A stretch of 64,000 nucleotides of DNA from an uncultured Verrucomicrobiae bacterium (lineage in GTDB: Bacteria; Verrucomicrobiota; Verrucomicrobiia; Limisphaerales; Palsa-1400). Position numbers and translations under genes: made by a program. This document shows positions 60,430-64,000 of this stretch, piece after piece (positions within the stretch are counted from its first letter, which is position 1; each line of letters starts with the position of its first letter). The stretch is taken from the NCBI GenBank assembly GCA_963702845.1, contig OY969763.1, positions 5,344,001-5,408,000 on the forward strand, in the 5' to 3' direction. Under the pieces are notes generated by a model. That model did no database searches. It was not told the DNA's origin and saw only the letters and a list, made by a program, of their open reading frames with translations.

Positions 60430-61593
60430 TCACGGACGGCGCAGCGCGACCGTCCCTACCAGTTGATTCGATTGCGTGTCTTGAACGTGAGATGGTGTGA
60501 CGGCGGAGGAGGTTTGGTTTTTAGTTTCTGGCCGCGGGGAAGGTTGGCCATAGACCCGTTTTAGGGCATCGGCGAATTGGATTCGGAGCGATGATTTGGC
60601 GGAATCTGTGGTCTCGGAAACATCGGATGCGGACAGAGCGAGTCGACCGATGGTTGAGGAAGTGTTCAAAGCCTGGGCGACTTGTGAGAGCGTCATCTTC
60701 TCCACCTGTTGCTCGCCACAAGTTTCCAAATAGCATTCAACCGCGGAGAGCATTTTTTGTGCGGCGGTCCATTCCTGACGGCGAAAGTGTGCCATGCGAG
60801 CGGCCCGTTCGGCCGCTTCTTCCTGCTGCGCGGCGGCCTCGGCAGCGGCTTGTTGCTGCAGAATGCCAGCATTGAACGCGTGGATACGGTCGTTCCAATT
60901 GAACTTGCTCGACCATCTTTTGATTGCGTCGATGCTTTCATCCAATTTATCGGTGACTGCTGGCAGTGAGCGGGTGTGGCCGAGTTGGAAGAAAGTGATG
61001 AAGGCGCTATAGGCGCGAGGGCTTTCGCCGGGGAAACGAGGGAACGATTTAAAGTCAGAATTCAAAATGCAGAATTCAGAATTCTTTGGCGCGGCTGCGC
61101 TCGCTTCGTTGGGTGTTGATCCGCCTACGTCGCACTTCGGCGCGACGAGCGGTTGCTCGATGAACGATTCGGAAGTTTTTGGAGGTTCGGAAATTGCAGT
61201 TTGGGCACCGACAAAGGGTCGGGTCACGCCAAGAAATGGCATCGATTGTCGAGCGCCGCCTCCGGAGTTACGTAACGTGGGATCGGCAGCAGGGCAGACT
61301 GGGTGCGGCTGAGTAAGTTGGTTGCTTTGTTCGGTGCAGGACTGAGAATTTGGTTCGTCGTGAATTTCCGCGTTCGCCAAGGGAATGATCGACGGGCCGG
61401 ATGCCGGACCTCGGACAGATGACTGTCGGGGAGGGCCGCCGTCGACAATTCGAGGTCGGCGGTCAATTTGTTCGTCACTACGCTCGGAACTCAGTTCGTT
61501 CGGTGTTGAAGCATCGGAAATATTCATATTTGCCGCCCATGTTACAAAAGTCACTTGGACAGTTACGGGGTGTCGCTCGAGAAAGTTATTCAC
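60430..61593 (-). CDS. Hypothetical protein: low-complexity N-terminus plus an HTH domain resembling phage terminase small subunit-like proteins
   Basis: GESPRAYSAF..F..LG.TRSL..V..KL......IKRWSSKFNW.DR followed by a helical region; start codon uncertain. Confidence 0.6.
   Translation of the reverse strand: MNNFLERHPVTVQVTFVTWAANMNISDASTPNELSSERSDEQIDRRPRIVDGGPPRQSSVRGPASGPSIIPLANAEIHDEPNSQSCTEQSNQLTQPHPVCPAADPTLRNSGGGARQSMPFLGVTRPFVGAQTAISEPPKTSESFIEQPLVAPKCDVGGSTPNEASAAAPKNSEFCILNSDFKSFPRFPGESPRAYSAFITFFQLGHTRSLPAVTDKLDESIDAIKRWSSKFNWNDRIHAFNAGILQQQAAAEAAAQQEEAAERAARMAHFRRQEWTAAQKMLSAVECYLETCGEQQVEKMTLSQVAQALNTSSTIGRLALSASDVSETTDSAKSSLRIQFADALKRVYGQPSPRPETKNQTSSAVTPSHVQDTQSNQLVGTVALRRP
60432..60460 (-). 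repeat. REP-like hairpin, copy 2 (GTAG type)
   Basis: Minus strand reads GGTAG-GGACGG-TCGCGCTGCG-CCGTCC-GT; differs from copy 1 by a compensatory base-pair change. Confidence 0.75.
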
Positions 61594-61956
61594 AACCTGT
61601 GAATTTCGCTTAAACCATTGATGGGAAGGTTGTTTTATTTACAAAAACTTTTCAAAATGGGGGTTGAAGAGCTAGGTTTGAGGCTTAAAAGGGCAAACCC
61701 TGGGCTGGAGGCTGCAACCGCATTGGGGTTGCGCGAGCATGGGTTGGATGACGGGAAGGGCGGGGTGGCGGGTTCTCCTCGCTCCCAGCGGGCATGGTCG
61801 TCAGCGAAATCCTGGCGTACCATGTGGCCGATCGATAATCCTTATCTGACAAACCGCAGTGTGATTCATTTCCAAATGAAGGCAGTTTTTCTAATGACTC
61901 AACACTTGCTAAAAATGGGGCACTTGAAGAAGCTTTTTGCAAGCGAGTGACCCTCC

Positions 61957-63885
61957 ATGGAAAGCAACCGCCAACCGGAATCCGAAGATAACAAATTGCG
62001 GCAACGGCTCGAGGAGTGCCGGTTGCGGGCGCGTCAATTGGACGCCGCGACCCGTGCTCCCGCCAATCTGCCGCTGATCGACGAGCCGCCTCCGCTGACC
62101 TTGCCGATGCGGAAACCTTTTTTGCCGGGCTCGATTTTAACGACTTTATTCCGCCATCCGAAAAACGGGCGGACTATCATCTTCAAGCCGGATGAGTTGT
62201 CCCAACTGGACAACATGAAGAGCAATTATTTGCTTAAATATTACCAGGACCAGGGTCTGTTCCTGCCTGAAGTCGCGGGCCGTCTGCAAAAGGCGATGGA
62301 CGATTGCGGCGCTCGATTCGGACGTTTCTTGCGCCACGGCGATTGGCGGGCCACCGTGTTTCAATATGATTCCGGCAAAGAAGCGGATCTGTTGCAGGCA
62401 CTGCTTCAGTTGCGTCTTTTGGTGGAATGCATCGAAATCTTAACGCCGCCTCTTCTCACCATCAAACGCCTCGCCGATGAAGAATTCGACCTGATCGATG
62501 ATCTCAACGATTTGACGCGTCTACTTATCTTTTCGTTGTGGGACCGAATCATGGACGGCTGTTCCGAACCGTTAAGCTACGGTTCGCTCGCCTTGTGCAT
62601 CGCCGGAACGAGCCCCAAATCAGCTGACGCTGTCGCCATGTTGGAATCCGGCTATGCGGCGAGCAACGGTGATCCCGAAGCTTTCAAGAGATGGCTGGGT
62701 AAAGGCAATGGCCGCAAAGCCATCGACCAGATCAAAAATATTTTGCGCGAGATAGACAAACACGGCCTCGACGAATTGCTTTCACTGCTCACCCGCCATG
62801 CGCTCGACCTTGGTTTGCAACCAGTGACGATCGAGTTCGCCCAGCAGACGCTGCAAAACGTCATTTCGACGCTTGTTTCCCTGGACGGGGAAACATCCGA
62901 ACCCGAGCGGCGTCGCAGCGCGGTATTGGCCGCACAATTCACGGAAGTTTCACGCCGATATGCGGCAAACTTTTCGGCCGGCAATGCGGATCCGAAAGTC
63001 AGTGAAGAAGATTTAAATGCCATCATGGCAGAATTGGATGCCATGGTGGGCATGGACGCGGTCAAACACGACATTCATCGCGCGACCAGCTTCGCGCGTG
63101 TGCAAATGCTGCGGCGCGAACAAGGGCTGCCGGTCGTCCAGGCCAGTCTTCACAGCGTATTCCTCGGCAACCCGGGCACTGGCAAAACCACTGTCGCCCG
63201 GTTGATGGGACGAATCTATAAATCTCTCGGACTCCTCAAGCGCGGGCATGTCGTCGAATGCGATCGAGGCCGGCTCGTCGCCGAATACGTTGGCCAAACC
63301 GCTGTGCGAACTCACGCAGTCATCGACTCCGCGCTCGATGGTATCCTGTTCATCGATGAAGCCTACAACCTGGCTGGGCGCGGCGAGGAAGATTTCGGTG
63401 GTGAAGCGATCGAAACATTGCTTAAACGGATGGAAGATGACCGTAACCGGTTGATCGTGATCGTGGCCGGTTACCCTGAGTTGATGCAGGAGTTCATCAA
63501 TTCCAATCCAGGGTTGGAATCGAGATTCACCAACTATTTAAAATTCGAGGATTATCGACCCGAGCAATTGCAGGAAATCTTTCGGCGTATGACTGCGCAA
63601 AGCGGCCTGACCTGTTCGCCGGAAGCGGACCGAAAAGTGGTCGAGGTCTGTGCGCGGCTTTATGCGCAGAGAAACGAGCAATTCGGCAACGCCCGCGCCA
63701 TGCGCAACTTCTTCGAGCTGGCCGTCCGAAACCAGAGCATGCGCGTAATCACCAGCGGCCGAACCGATCGCGAGGCCCTGACATTACTGCAACCAGAAGA
63801 CTTGCCCGGCGATGTCGAAATTACGATACCCGGTCCGCTGGAGCGTGAGACACAAAAGTCGAGGATCGCTTCACGGCCGAATTAA
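61957..63885 (+). CDS. AAA+ ATPase of the CbxX/CfxQ/SpoVK (EccA-like) family with an unrecognised N-terminal domain
   Basis: L..MVG...VK, H..FLGNPGTGKTTVAR, LVAEYVGQTA, ILFIDEAY, NPGLESRF, FGNAR. Confidence 0.92.
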   Translation: MESNRQPESEDNKLRQRLEECRLRARQLDAATRAPANLPLIDEPPPLTLPMRKPFLPGSILTTLFRHPKNGRTIIFKPDELSQLDNMKSNYLLKYYQDQGLFLPEVAGRLQKAMDDCGARFGRFLRHGDWRATVFQYDSGKEADLLQALLQLRLLVECIEILTPPLLTIKRLADEEFDLIDDLNDLTRLLIFSLWDRIMDGCSEPLSYGSLALCIAGTSPKSADAVAMLESGYAASNGDPEAFKRWLGKGNGRKAIDQIKNILREIDKHGLDELLSLLTRHALDLGLQPVTIEFAQQTLQNVISTLVSLDGETSEPERRRSAVLAAQFTEVSRRYAANFSAGNADPKVSEEDLNAIMAELDAMVGMDAVKHDIHRATSFARVQMLRREQGLPVVQASLHSVFLGNPGTGKTTVARLMGRIYKSLGLLKRGHVVECDRGRLVAEYVGQTAVRTHAVIDSALDGILFIDEAYNLAGRGEEDFGGEAIETLLKRMEDDRNRLIVIVAGYPELMQEFINSNPGLESRFTNYLKFEDYRPEQLQEIFRRMTAQSGLTCSPEADRKVVEVCARLYAQRNEQFGNARAMRNFFELAVRNQSMRVITSGRTDREALTLLQPEDLPGDVEITIPGPLERETQKSRIASRPN

Positions 63886-64000
63886 CTGACTTCTTAGGAG
63901 GCATTAATTCTTAATTTTTAAATCTTAATTTCTTCTGTCCTGTTGGATCGCGCTGAATAGTTCAGCCGTGATGACGGCGAATGCTGCGTTTCCCGCACTT

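Noticed and set aside
60061..60433. ORFs with SVRFSAVQCG and HSSLVTR peptide repeats
   Set aside because: These are translations of the DNA tandem repeats, with no other sign of coding.
61618..61950. 110-aa ORF upstream of the AAA ATPase
   Set aside because: It has a TTG start, atypical composition and no motif; it is more likely promoter/intergenic DNA.
57519..64000. Genomic island or prophage integrated at tRNA-Tyr
   Set aside because: No integrase, no duplicated tRNA 3' end and no phage structural genes are visible in the window; it cannot be excluded beyond the edge.

Overview
The window is ~56-58% GC by eye and looks like core bacterial chromosome. The gene set (DUF1080 proteins, Planctomycete/Verrucomicrobia-type cytochromes c, sulfatase, a Verrucomicrobia-style C-terminal tail on a beta-propeller protein) points to the PVC superphylum, most likely a Pedosphaera-like Verrucomicrobium; this assignment is inference. 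Housekeeping genes include the 3' part of bamA, skp, dnaN, udg, proC, ubiX/ubiA, ogt, pyrH-frr, an ftsB-like gene and tRNA-Tyr(GTA). Accessory content includes a GT2 plus TPR-GT-C pair, an ECF sigma/anti-sigma/DUF3106 trio, a LysR-membrane protein-B12 radical SAM unit, an RND efflux operon with an embedded RraA-family gene, general-stress clusters, a LysR-pirin-SDR-DoxX unit and a CbxX/SpoVK-type AAA ATPase. Several genes (about 5-9 kb, 32-41 kb and 59.5 kb) are broken by indels, most plausibly uncorrected long-read errors. The best candidates for undescribed biology are: (1) an orphan terminase-small-subunit-like HTH gene next to a repeat field of 7-bp and 10-bp tandem repeats and GTAG-type REP hairpins (59.9-61.6 kb); (2) an oriC-like DnaA-box/trio element upstream of a dnaN that has no dnaA beside it; (3) a possible TMTC-like protein glycosylation pair; (4) a putative C-terminal sorting signal. 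No CRISPR array, rRNA, transposase or integrase was recognised. All family assignments come from motif recognition, not database searches.
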